Source: Cyanidioschyzon merolae (Eukaryota). From it: a stretch of 64,000 nucleotides of DNA. The notes below the pieces were generated by a model. The model ran no database searches, was not told where the DNA came from, and was given only the letters and a program-made list of their open reading frames with translations. A program made the position numbers and the translations under genes. Each line of letters starts with the position of its first letter. Positions within the stretch are counted from its first letter, which is position 1. The DNA lies in NCBI GenBank assembly GCA_000091205.1, contig AP006494.2; one strand, written 5' to 3'. This document shows positions 1-9,496 of this stretch, in pieces.

Positions 1-1300
1 CTTAATATTACGTTCGCCTGCTTATCAACCTACGCGGATGAAAACAAGTATCGGCATGACATTTTTCACGTTACGACGATGAGTGGCGAGCAAGTTGACG
101 CAGTACTGCGGGATGAGATCATGAATACGCTGTATTTTCTGCTAACTTCCCGAGAGTCGGATGAGCAATCCTTCTGAATCTTTTGCTCCGCGGTGCGAGG
201 CAATCTTCTGTTCCGGTAGGTTCGGTGTTGGTCTGGTATTCGATCTAGTGCAGGGCCGGTGCAGCACTGTGCTCTAGTGGTCGCGTGGACTGCCACAGAA
301 CCGGGGCCAAAAGCCTTTGGGTTGTGTGCTAGCTCAGGGATCTGCGGATGAGCGGCGTGACGACCATGCGCGTTCGTCATTCACCGATGCTGGACAGCAA
401 TGGTCACAGTCGACCTCCACGGCTGTGTCGAAGTCGGAATTCGCCTGCCTGGCAAATATAGCACTTTCCTCTGTAAACTGCGTGGAACGATCATGTCTAG
501 TTTTCCATCGTCAGCTGAATCCATGCAGGCGCCCCAACGGCGACGCCAAATCCCCAGTTTACGACCGGATTGTATCGTCCGACTCGGTGAATGCGACGAC
601 TGGACTAGTACTGGTCAAAGCACATCGCTGTCGTTGTTGCTGTTGCTGCAGCAGCGGCAGCAGCGGCGGTTATGCTTGACCAGCGTGCCGCCTTTCTGCA
701 GCGCCACAGCCGCGGTCAAAGCGTCCGTGCGCAAAGAACGCGCTGAAATATCCAACACCGTACGCATCTCCACCAGGCAAGAGTTAGGGACCAGCATGCA
801 TCAACATCTGACTTTCACAGACCGCTACAGTTTTCATGCTCGGACGCTCCATTTGCGGATCTTCAACATTAGCCAAGCGTTGCTGCATCCTTTTTCTCGC
901 CGCATGAGCCAGCAGAGGCGAGCTCCAGAGCGCCGTGGGTGACTGCCGTTTCGGCTATGAATCCTCGCGCCACACCAAGGCATTGTTCAGCGGAAGCGTA
1001 TCGCGTGCTATCCACCGACTGCTCGTGCCCGCATGCGGACCGATATCACGTCGGGGCACCGCTTGTTGTAACAAGCAGCGAGCACGCTCGGTCAATGAAC
1101 CAATCATGTGCAGCGTTTCCATGCCGCTCGAAGCTTGCTCGCTATCCCGAAAAGTGTACGTTCGCTCGCAAACCCTCCTCGCTAGTCAACGGATCGTCAT
1201 GATGAACCTCCAGGGAAATGAATCCCGCGTTATCGTCGCTACCCGTGGTCGGGACTCTGCTCGTATTCGATTCCAAAGCTGCGAGCTTCAAATCCGACTT

Positions 1301-3028
1301 TTACTGCTCTGGACGGACGCGCTCTAGAAGCAGCTGCGCTTCAGAATAAAGAGGGCGCTGCAGGGTCCGGACCCAGCCACAATGTTGCGGAAAGGGTTCG
1401 CGCGGTTCCCAGTGATACAACCGCGCCCAGATCCGTAGATACATATCCTCAAGAGGTGCGGGTGTCATCAAAGTCTCTGGAGACTGATGCGCTCGCACGG
1501 GACGTTCTTGGCGAGACTGTGACGCCGTCGACGTCGACGACGATGACGTCGCGTCCGATGCGTGCAACGCCAAGACAGCGGGATCCAATAAAAGCCACTG
1601 CAGAAGCTCTGGAGTCTTCATGTGACTTGCGAGGAATCGAAGCGTGATGCGCGGCTCAAGACCGAGATCTTCAGCAATTTGCAAAATAATGGCGACTTGC
1701 ATTTGGTCTGTGTATGGAAGCAGGACTTTTCGAATCCTGGACTGGGTCTCGGATGTGAGAGGCGACGTGCTGGACTCTGTCATCGCAGCCTGCAAGCAGG
1801 CGAATGGCTGCGGTAGCATGTGCACCTGAATGCTGTGCAGGAGCGTACGCGTGTCCATGCTGGAAGCCGCTGGCACGTACAAGCTCTCGACGAGATCCCG
1901 GAATGCTGCCAGATGATGTTCATCACCAGGTTTTGGGGTCGATGGGTATCCCCGCATCCAGGGAACTGGTGTCCGTTGCTCAAAAATTGCATGCCTGGGG
2001 CAAGAGACACGCAAACGACCGCGGGAAACGAATCGCGGCTCTGGACGCCACCAGCCTGCCAGCAGTGCACACATGGGATGAAACACAACCGGGCAAGGAA
2101 CGTGGTGATCATCGTCTGGTTCGGAGTTTTTCTGCAACGGTACCCAGCAGCAGAACCGAAGTCCTCCCGCTGTTTCACAAAGCGTACATTGCTTGCTCAA
2201 GCACGAGTCGTGGTTAGGTGTCTCGTCCAGCACTTGCCGCGACACATGCTGCGGTGTGTGCGCGGATAGCGCAATCCCCTCGGCCGTTGAGGTCTCCTTC
2301 CCGAGTGAGGCTCTGTCTTCGCTCTTGACTGCGTCCTGGCAGCACCGAAATGCATCGAGGCATTCCCACGGCTCCGTAGGCTCTAATCGCGGATCCGCCA
2401 AGGCACAGATAACGTGAACGTAGCGCTCAACATGCGGTAGCTCGCTTGCAGCGTTCAGAGCGTTTGCTTCGATGATAGGTTTCATCGCTAGTCTATAGTC
2501 ACGTATCGGACACAATACACACTCAAATGGAGGCTCAGCGAGACACCGGGGCGATTCGCCGTGCGTACCGACGCCTGGACCAACAGCAGTCGACGGGTCC
2601 CTTTTCTTTCGTGAATCAACGGGGCTACTGGAAAATTCCAGATCGCAGTTATTTTCCGTGCGTGCATCCTGGTAGTTGTCCGGAAACACTGCATCAACCG
2701 ATGACGGTTCCGCTGTAGAACGTCGAGTGTCCCAGCAGACCGCGCAGTTCCACGCGAGTCCGAGCCAAGCCGGTTTCGTGCAGCTTCCCCCCGTTATCGG
2801 TGTCTGGTCTACGAGAGGGCTACGATGGACCTTCCGGTGCCGTTTCTGTGGGTTTTCGTTGGTTGGATGCACGTGTTGAGAAACGCTTGGTACTGATCTC
2901 CCTGGGAAGGGGAACGCCGGATAGCCGTAGCATGGCGCGTGTACCACGAGGCCACAGGCTTCGCAAGTCAGCGGCGGGTCTGACGGGGTAAACGGCTCGA
3001 GACAGACCCCACACAGTACCTTTTGCAT
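1301..3028 (-). CDS. PHD plus extended-PHD (PZP-like) zinc-finger protein, 575 aa
   Basis: Intact 575-aa ORF with a canonical Cys4-His-Cys3 pattern near the N-terminus (CGVCLEP...CEACGLVVHAPC). A second Cys/His-rich block follows (CVLCPIRDYRLAMKPI...VHVICA...CTLCETAGGLRFCC...HPMCA), typical of the PHD-Zn knuckle-PHD modules of BRPF/JADE/AF10-type chromatin readers. Codon usage matches neighbouring genes. Confidence 0.5.
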   Translation of the reverse strand: MQKVLCGVCLEPFTPSDPPLTCEACGLVVHAPCYGYPAFPFPGRSVPSVSQHVHPTNENPQKRHRKVHRSPLVDQTPITGGSCTKPAWLGLAWNCAVCWDTRRSTAEPSSVDAVFPDNYQDARTENNCDLEFSSSPVDSRKKRDPSTAVGPGVGTHGESPRCLAEPPFECVLCPIRDYRLAMKPIIEANALNAASELPHVERYVHVICALADPRLEPTEPWECLDAFRCCQDAVKSEDRASLGKETSTAEGIALSAHTPQHVSRQVLDETPNHDSCLSKQCTLCETAGGLRFCCWVPLQKNSEPDDDHHVPCPVVFHPMCALLAGWWRPEPRFVSRGRLRVSCPRHAIFEQRTPVPWMRGYPSTPKPGDEHHLAAFRDLVESLYVPAASSMDTRTLLHSIQVHMLPQPFACLQAAMTESSTSPLTSETQSRIRKVLLPYTDQMQVAIILQIAEDLGLEPRITLRFLASHMKTPELLQWLLLDPAVLALHASDATSSSSTSTASQSRQERPVRAHQSPETLMTPAPLEDMYLRIWARLYHWEPREPFPQHCGWVRTLQRPLYSEAQLLLERVRPEQ

Positions 3029-5480
3029 CCTTTGGAGAAGTTTGTTGCCTAACCGACCCTACCAAACCAGCTTCAGAAGTCGCGGTTTTGGTCAACTCAA
3101 ACGTGGACTTTGCGTCGTGCTGCGGACAAACCCAGACAGCGCTGGTTGTCGCTTGGCGGTGGCGTCTCGCGGGCGCAGCACGCCGGCGTTGCCGCTGCGG
3201 ATGCTACACTCGAGTCGGATAAAAATCGAGCACAGAATAGCTTTCCATCTCTTCCCAACACTTCATTTATTTCATAGATTTTTCTTAAATGTACAACCTG
3301 AGCGATCGAAGTGCAGCAATGAGAGATGAAGAGATCATGCGTAAATGAAGGATTCTTGGTCGTTTTTTGGAGTGGCTCTTTCGACGCTTTTCCGCTGGAC
3401 CTCGTTACGTCATCACGATGAAGGTGCGTCACCACCGACGTCACCACGCGTGCCCGAAATAACCGATATTATTATCCAGCTCACACGTTCAAGGTTTTAG
3501 CCTTCTCCGATCCTTACGTGCAGTATGCTCTAATTCACGTACCCGTCGAGGTTTCGAGCTTTCTATTTGAAGTCATCTGCTGGGCGCACTCGTTGGCGCC
3601 TATGGATTGACGGGACATATACTCGACGGCGTGCCTCGATGATGTTTCCGCAGGCTCATGCAGAATATGTTATGAGTTTCTCATGTCAACGGATCGATTC
3701 CGTTCCAAACGCGAATCCTCCTCTCTTCGTGGCCATAACTACAACAAAACGCGACAGCAGCATGATTCCTGTAACGGGAGACGCGCCAACAGGCTCCCGC
3801 CTCTTCTGTCTGCACGGAAACGGGTGCCGGATTCGCACCTGAGCCATCACAACGATCGCTTGGAGTGGAACGTGCGCCAATGCTTCGCGTGAAAGGAGTA
3901 TCGACGGATCGAAACTTCTCGACTTGTTTTGCATACCGAGCCTCGCTCCTGATCCTGTTTCCGTAGCGGACAATGTCGCATTCCACAAATCCTCTATCGA
4001 ATAAGACAGCGTGCCGTTGCGCGTGCAGCGCACAGAGTGCTCATCGACGGGATCGCGAAGAAGAAGCTCTTCTTCGTAGGGTATTGCACAGGGCGCGTAA
4101 ACGGAGGAAAGCATCGAGGCGCGCCGCTCTCAACCCGTCCAGGGCAAGTACCGGGCAATGACGCAAGCGTTCACGCGCCACAGATCTACGCTCGAGGAAG
4201 GACGGGGTTTCGTGGACTTCCTGAAACATCTAAGCACATTCAAACGTCATCGTTGCAAAAGACGCACTGTGGCTGTATAAAACGAATAGAAACAACGCAA
4301 ACGAAGCGTACATCGTACCTACTGCTTCTGCGTAAACAACGTCGACAACACCCAGAAGCCCCCACTCGCGACATGCACGTCACCATCAACATCCCGCAAC
4401 TGCTTCCAACGGAGCTGGGGGCAACGGCGAAACCGACGTATTGAACGCCAGCGATAAAAGAGCATATACAAGAGCAATCATCAAAAAACCCGCAAAGACT
4501 TGTGTTGTTGATGAAGATAGAAACCTAGAACTTAGTGTTTACGTCCGAGTTCACGAAATGGACCCATCCCATGGTTCATACGAACATCGCTGCCTAGCGC
4601 AGGCGCTCCGCGAGGATGCGATCATTGCGTGCAGATCGCCTCAGCGAGAGAGCGCCCCATCGAGATGCTCGCCCCAGGGTATATTCTAACAGCCAAGTTT
4701 CTCCAGCGTGTCGTGCAACGAAGACAAGCCTGCATCCGCAGACTGTCCGAGCACAAACTGACGACGAGACCCGATTCTACGTCGGGTGAACCACGCCTCG
4801 AGCCGACGCCCTTTGTGGTATAGCAAAGCCGTTCGAGCTCTATGAACTATCTGCTCCAGCGGTTCAAGCGCAAAGGTGGATGATTAGGGTAGGTACGAGG
4901 CACACACGATAGGACGTATGAAACGACCAAAATATCCGAGAAGAAGTCTAGGTAATGTAACTTGGAGGTAGGTGCTTCATCACGGACGCTTTCCCGAAAG
5001 CCGTTATCCGTTCCGAATTCTAGGATCCATGGTGAATGAAAACGTCTTGTCAATAAAAAAATCGCGCTCAATGGGCGCACCCCGGAGATCGGGCAGTCAA
5101 CTGACGCGATGCGCGTGCCGTTGTTGAAGGGAAACTCAATTGGGATCAGTAACGTGTTGTTCAGCTGTGAACGTCGGATATCGGTTCAGGCCATAGCAAA
5201 GTACAGTCTTTCGGTTCATTTTTGTTTCAAACTTCAAACAAGTCCAGTCAAGTGTTTTTTTGCAGTATATAACAGCAGGGTTCAAAGAGCGTTCTTGTTC
5301 AAAAAAAACTAATAAAAGGAAAACTATGCAAAAGTAAGTCGACGATCCTGGAGGCTCAGTGTCGCCGGCTACCAGAAGAAAACAAAAAACAGTGCCGAGT
5401 CCAGAAGAAAATGAAGAGAAGGAGGACTGAAAGGGGAGGCTCTACGTCGAAGGCGGCAAGAAAGACGACTGTACGACGAG

Positions 5481-5813
5481 ATGGTTGTGAAAACCTTTCT
5501 TCTTGGACATATGAAGGATCCCTACAAGGAAAAGTTGCGAGACGCTATCGAAACACGTGTCGACTCGTACTCGAAGAGTATTGTCAAGGCGTCGTCAGGA
5601 CTGATGCATTTAGCGAGGGACATGTACGAATACGTCGCGCACATGGAAACAGTCGAGATTCCAGACGAGTTTTTCGACAAGACGTTTATTGGTCGCCTGA
5701 TGCTTGGTACAGAGGAAGCGCGGAAGGAAAATGAGCTAGTGCATGCCCTCCACGAAAATTTTGCGGAATTCCGCTTCGAGGGTATTCGAATCAAGGGTGA
5801 CTGGGGTATTTAA
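5481..5813 (+). CDS. Possible N-terminal segment of the TnpB/Fanzor-like gene
   Basis: 110-aa ORF in the same frame as 5826..7439, separated from it only by a TAA at 5811-5813 plus 12 nt. An upstream ORF in another frame (5411..) begins MKRRRTERGGSTSKAARKTTVRRDG, an NLS-like basic peptide. This pattern suggests a decayed or intron-interrupted 5' end. Confidence 0.3.
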   Translation: MVVKTFLLGHMKDPYKEKLRDAIETRVDSYSKSIVKASSGLMHLARDMYEYVAHMETVEIPDEFFDKTFIGRLMLGTEEARKENELVHALHENFAEFRFEGIRIKGDWGI

Positions 5814-5825
5814 GACTCTGGGGCA

Positions 5826-7439
5826 ATGAAGTACATTACGAACCTGAAGAACCATTTGACAAAGAACCTGGAACGCTTCATGAAACGCGCCGTGTTTGCA
5901 CCCTACCCAGGCATCTCTTGCAATGGAAAATGGGCGATTATCCATGGCATCACGAATGATCGAAAGTATGAAGATGAGATCGAATTTGTCGACAAGAAGG
6001 CGTCAAAAGAGAGCACGAAAGAAGCTTCTGCGATCCGCGCGGTTTTACAAGAGCATCGTGCGCGACTGGGGCTGGCGAATCCAACAGGCAAGGTATCAGA
6101 GCTCAAAAAAGATAAGGAGAGATACTATCGCCTCATCCTGCGCTATTTTGTGTTGTTGGACCGTGAACTCGAACGCGAAGCGGAGATGAAGCTGAGTGAA
6201 GAGACAAATGAAGAGTGGGAGAGACGGAAGGCTTTCCTAACGGGGAAGCGCGTCAATGTGGTTCCGTTGGGCAACATCAAGTCACATTTTGTGACTATCG
6301 ACTCCGCAGTCCTTCATGGCATCATGAGGGAGATCAGTCCCGAGTTCGATGTTAGCAGGGAGGAATTCTCCGGTGAAAACCGGGAGACGTACTGGATGAG
6401 CATCTTCGATTTCAAACGTCCCAAAGTGAGCAAGAAAAAGGTATTCACAGGGTCGATCGAAACAGATGGAGTAGCCTTGTGTGTACACTATCGGCGGTTG
6501 AAGAAAGTTCGTCCAACTCCGCCTTCGGCTGCGCCCGTCATGAAGGATGAAGAAAACAAAGAGGAGGTTCCTGTGACGCAGGAGGAGCAGGATGACGACC
6601 TTGTCGTTGGCGTGACGAAGGATGAAGAAAACAAAGAGGAGGATCCTGTGACGCAGGAGGAGCAGGATAACGATTTTGTCGTTGGCGTGACGAAGGATGA
6701 AGATGAGAAGGAGGCGAGTCCTGCGACGCAGGAGGTGGAGAATAACGACTTTATGGTTGACGCGACGAAGCATGAAGAAAAGAAGGAGGCGGATCCTGCG
6801 ACCCACAAAGTGCAGGATAACGACTTTGTCGTTGGCGCGGACCCTGGGAATACGAGTATCATAAACATCGCTGCTCCCAAGCGTGCGGAAGATGGTACTG
6901 ATGGTAACTTACGTCAGAAAGACATGCGTCTGTTGAGGTTCTCGAGAGCCAGATACTATCGAGAATCGGGAATCATAAATGCAAGGAAGAAAATCGAGAC
7001 TTGGAATTCAGGAATGAAAGAGCACCTGGAAGCTTCGAGCGAGGTGACGAGCCGAGGAGCGGACTTTGAAGCTTTTCGGAAATTCACGGAAGTTCGCGTT
7101 GCTCATTGGGAGGCGCCGTGGGAGGAGTATACCAAGCCCCGGTGGGCTCGTTGGCGTATGAATTTGTATTGTGGGAAGCAGCGGGCATTCGCGAATTTTT
7201 TCAATCAACTGAGTGCCCTGAAGGAGAATCAAAGTGAGAGGTTGGTAGTGACGTACGGAGCAGGGCGCTGGATGACCCAAAAAGGAACTACGCCAGCTCC
7301 AACGACGAGAACGTACAAGGAGTGTGCACGGCGTTTTGTTACGATACCTGTAGATGAGTTCCGAACCTCGTATACACACCATGAGCTGGTGTGTACACTT
7401 CAGAGAGTTCGAGATGGAAAAGTGCCAGACGAACCCTGA
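5826..7439 (+). CDS. TnpB/Fanzor-like RuvC nuclease, main body (WED/REC-like region, RuvC-I, RuvC-II)
   Basis: 537-aa ORF. The motif [16 protein letters not shown] (Asp codon 6840-6842) matches the RuvC-I G-x-D-x-G motif of TnpB/Fanzor. The motif [11 protein letters not shown] (Glu codon 7355-7357) matches the RuvC-II V-x-E-x-x-TS motif. Spacing between the two is about 172 aa. An internal 4 x 25-aa acidic tandem repeat lies just upstream of RuvC-I. Confidence 0.5.
   Translation: MKYITNLKNHLTKNLERFMKRAVFAPYPGISCNGKWAIIHGITNDRKYEDEIEFVDKKASKESTKEASAIRAVLQEHRARLGLANPTGKVSELKKDKERYYRLILRYFVLLDRELEREAEMKLSEETNEEWERRKAFLTGKRVNVVPLGNIKSHFVTIDSAVLHGIMREISPEFDVSREEFSGENRETYWMSIFDFKRPKVSKKKVFTGSIETDGVALCVHYRRLKKVRPTPPSAAPVMKDEENKEEVPVTQEEQDDDLVVGVTKDEENKEEDPVTQEEQDNDFVVGVTKDEDEKEASPATQEVENNDFMVDATKHEEKKEADPATHKVQDNDFVVGADPGNTSIINIAAPKRAEDGTDGNLRQKDMRLLRFSRARYYRESGIINARKKIETWNSGMKEHLEASSEVTSRGADFEAFRKFTEVRVAHWEAPWEEYTKPRWARWRMNLYCGKQRAFANFFNQLSALKENQSERLVVTYGAGRWMTQKGTTPAPTTRTYKECARRFVTIPVDEFRTSYTHHELVCTLQRVRDGKVPDEP
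6543..6842 (+). repeat. Four tandem 75-bp in-frame repeats (25-aa acidic units) inside the TnpB/Fanzor-like ORF
   Basis: The unit gacgAAGGATGAAGAAAACAAAGAGGAGG.TCCTGTGACGCAGGAGGAGCAGGATAACGA.TTTGTCGTTGGCGTGACG repeats at 6543-6617, 6618-6692, 6693-6767 and 6768-6842, diverging progressively. Each copy ends in D(N/D)DFVVG(V/A), and the last copy runs into the RuvC-I GADPG motif. Confidence 0.9.
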
Positions 7440-7740
7440 GGATATGAAAAAGTACGGACCGCTGACGGAGGAGCAAATGGAAAGGAGAGCGAAATTTCGA
7501 GGGCTACTTGCATTAGTAAGTACAACCAGTGATGGCACGAAACGTATGGAGTTTGTGAACCGTGACTTTCATGCCGCTGTGAATATACGGAGATGCACGG
7601 TGCTGGAGAAGAGACCTCCAGAGTGGACAAGAGAGAACTTTGTTGGACAACCTCTCAAAGTCGAACTATATGAGAAAAAGTTGGAAGCAATAATAGGTGG
7701 CCGGTCCAGAAAGGCTGGGACGCATCTGCACGTCAGTTGA
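7354..7740 (+). CDS. C-terminal segment of the TnpB/Fanzor-like gene carrying RuvC-III
   Basis: 128-aa ORF overlapping the end of 5826..7439 in the +1 frame. It contains FVNRDFHAAVNIRRC (Asp codon 7564-7566), matching the D-x-N-A-A-x-N-I RuvC-III signature of IS605 OrfB/TnpB, Cas12 and Fanzor proteins. Cys/His residues between RuvC-II and RuvC-III (CVHF...EKC) may be a degenerate zinc finger. The frame shift implies a pseudogene or a short intron. Confidence 0.5.
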   Translation: MSSEPRIHTMSWCVHFREFEMEKCQTNPEDMKKYGPLTEEQMERRAKFRGLLALVSTTSDGTKRMEFVNRDFHAAVNIRRCTVLEKRPPEWTRENFVGQPLKVELYEKKLEAIIGGRSRKAGTHLHVS

Positions 7741-7827
7741 TGACGATTTGTATAGCGCGCGTTCGCCGCCACTACTGTACACTGCCAGCGACGTCGTTCG
7801 ACTTTCGAAGGGCGGTGACACAAGACC

Positions 7828-8871
7828 GTGTACATAAACATGTCTCAGTTGGATGACACACACGATCTACTAAACATGGGGGATGCGGGTTCCGGATCGA
7901 AAGAATCAGACTCTGCCTTGAGGCGTGGTGGTGACGTTTCGGGCGGCAAAGCAGCGCCAGTGAACGGTGCCGTGGCTGCTTCCGAAAGCGACAACGCAAG
8001 CAGCAGTAGCGCCGCATTACGTAATAGCAGCGCGTCGTTCCGGGAAGGTCCACCTGGAAGGCCACCTCTATTGAGCCAGAGGTTTACGGTGGCCCGTCAG
8101 CATCTACCGGGTCAGCTGCATGAGATCCTTATGTGGCGGAACAAGTACCGCTCGGGGCTCGCTTTCGCCTTGGGTAACTTGTTCTTCTATTTCACCACGT
8201 TCGGGGAACTGAGCATCATCACCGTATTCTCTATGATCGTGTTTTGGATCGTGCTACTGGGTTCGTGTCTCGTTCTCCTGAGCCGCGCACTGGCGTACCT
8301 GACGTCAGCGAGCCCCGTACCTGGCGCATCACCCGTTGGTACGACGGCACCGACGCGTCGCTTGCTGAACCGAGAAACTGCGGAGCGGCTCACGGAGAGC
8401 ACCATGAAAACGGTTAACGGGTTGGAGAACCTTTTGCGCGACGCAGCGCATTGTCGTGATTGGCAGCTCACCGTGAAGGTGCTCCTTGGCTCCTATCTGA
8501 TCGGCAAACTGGGACCGCTGTTTCTGAATATGTACATGGGATGGCTCATCTTTCTCAGCGTAATGACGTTACCCAAGGTTTACGAATGGAAGCAGCGTGA
8601 CATTGACGATCTCATTCGGGAAATTCAACCCGTTCTCCAGAGCAAGCTCTATGAAGCCGAGGCGCTCATCAAGAATCATATCAGCAGCGTGCTCTCCCAG
8701 ATACCGCCCAAGGTCCACGAGTACTCCGAGATGCTTCGAGCGCAGCTGCGCGCGCTGACGGGCGCATCCGACCGTGCACGAAGCAGCAGCAGCCGCCCGC
8801 CGTTTTCAGCCGGAACCAGTGCCGCAACATCGTCGTCCATGACAACCAGCGCTGAAACAAAGGAAGACTAA
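7828..8871 (+). CDS. Reticulon-like (RHD-containing) membrane protein, 347 aa
   Basis: An N-terminal acidic/Ser-rich region is followed by LHEILMWRNKYRSGLAFALGNLFFYFTTFGELSIITVFSMIVFWIVLLGSCLVLL, about 35 hydrophobic residues. A second long hydrophobic segment (VKVLLGSYLIGKLGPLFLNMYMGWLIFLSVMTL) follows, matching the two hairpin membrane segments of a reticulon homology domain. Confidence 0.5.
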   Translation: MYINMSQLDDTHDLLNMGDAGSGSKESDSALRRGGDVSGGKAAPVNGAVAASESDNASSSSAALRNSSASFREGPPGRPPLLSQRFTVARQHLPGQLHEILMWRNKYRSGLAFALGNLFFYFTTFGELSIITVFSMIVFWIVLLGSCLVLLSRALAYLTSASPVPGASPVGTTAPTRRLLNRETAERLTESTMKTVNGLENLLRDAAHCRDWQLTVKVLLGSYLIGKLGPLFLNMYMGWLIFLSVMTLPKVYEWKQRDIDDLIREIQPVLQSKLYEAEALIKNHISSVLSQIPPKVHEYSEMLRAQLRALTGASDRARSSSSRPPFSAGTSAATSSSMTTSAETKED

Positions 8872-9496
8872 GAGGCATCAGCAGGAGCGGTTATGGGCAT
8901 AAAGCTTAGTCTGCGATCTTCACAACAGATGAAACTGGTGTATTTTAAACGCGAGGTGAGGGGATGGAGATCCATTGTATTTGGACTGGTATAAAGTGCT
9001 TGAACTCGTTCGCCCTGGGCAGCATGCAGACGCTCACCATCCTTCCTGGCGAGGAACGCGTTTCGGACCGTGTATGTCTGCTGTTGACGGCTACAGCAAC
9101 TGACAGACGCCTGCTGCGCGTGCCTGTGCGCCGCGTGAATGAAGCAGGAGCAGCATGCCCTGCGCTCACTTGGACAACTTGCTCATAACCCGGAGACTGC
9201 ACCGTACGTGGCGACCAAGTTGTATCTGCGTTGCCGAGAGCATGCCTCACGCAGACGCGCCCTTCGAGTAACGAATGGGATACCGCCGCTACGGAGGATA
9301 CCCGGGGGGAATCGTCATCGCCACCATCCCCGAGGAAAGACGCGCACCTCGATGGCTGCGCCTCTCGAGCGGGGCGAGGCGGCCGCCGTCGGCTCCATGT
9401 CATAAATGTCTAGTTTGATCTCATTCGAGGCGGAAGTGCTGACAGCGCTGTGCGCCTCGATAGACGGCTTCACTGGCGCGTTCCAGGTGTGCCATT

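Larger units (their letters stand above)
5109..7800 (+). mobile_element. Lower-GC island carrying a TnpB/Fanzor-like RuvC nuclease gene; candidate transposon or OMEGA-element remnant, boundaries uncertain
   Basis: GC drops to about 43-50% from roughly 3050 to 7800, against about 60% in flanking genes. The island contains ORFs with TnpB/Fanzor RuvC-I, RuvC-II and RuvC-III signatures in canonical order. Its 5' side is an A/T-rich leader (5040-5400). No terminal inverted repeats could be confirmed by eye. Confidence 0.35.

Noticed and set aside
6543-6842. Possibility that the 75-bp direct repeats are a CRISPR-like array
   Set aside because: The units are contiguous with no unique spacers and diverge progressively. 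They stay in frame within a protein-coding ORF, and the context is eukaryotic. This is a coding tandem duplication.
6282-6880. Minus-strand ORFs 6282..6806 and 6488..6880 with repetitive peptides
   Set aside because: They are the antisense translation of the 75-bp tandem repeats inside the nuclease-like gene, not independent genes.
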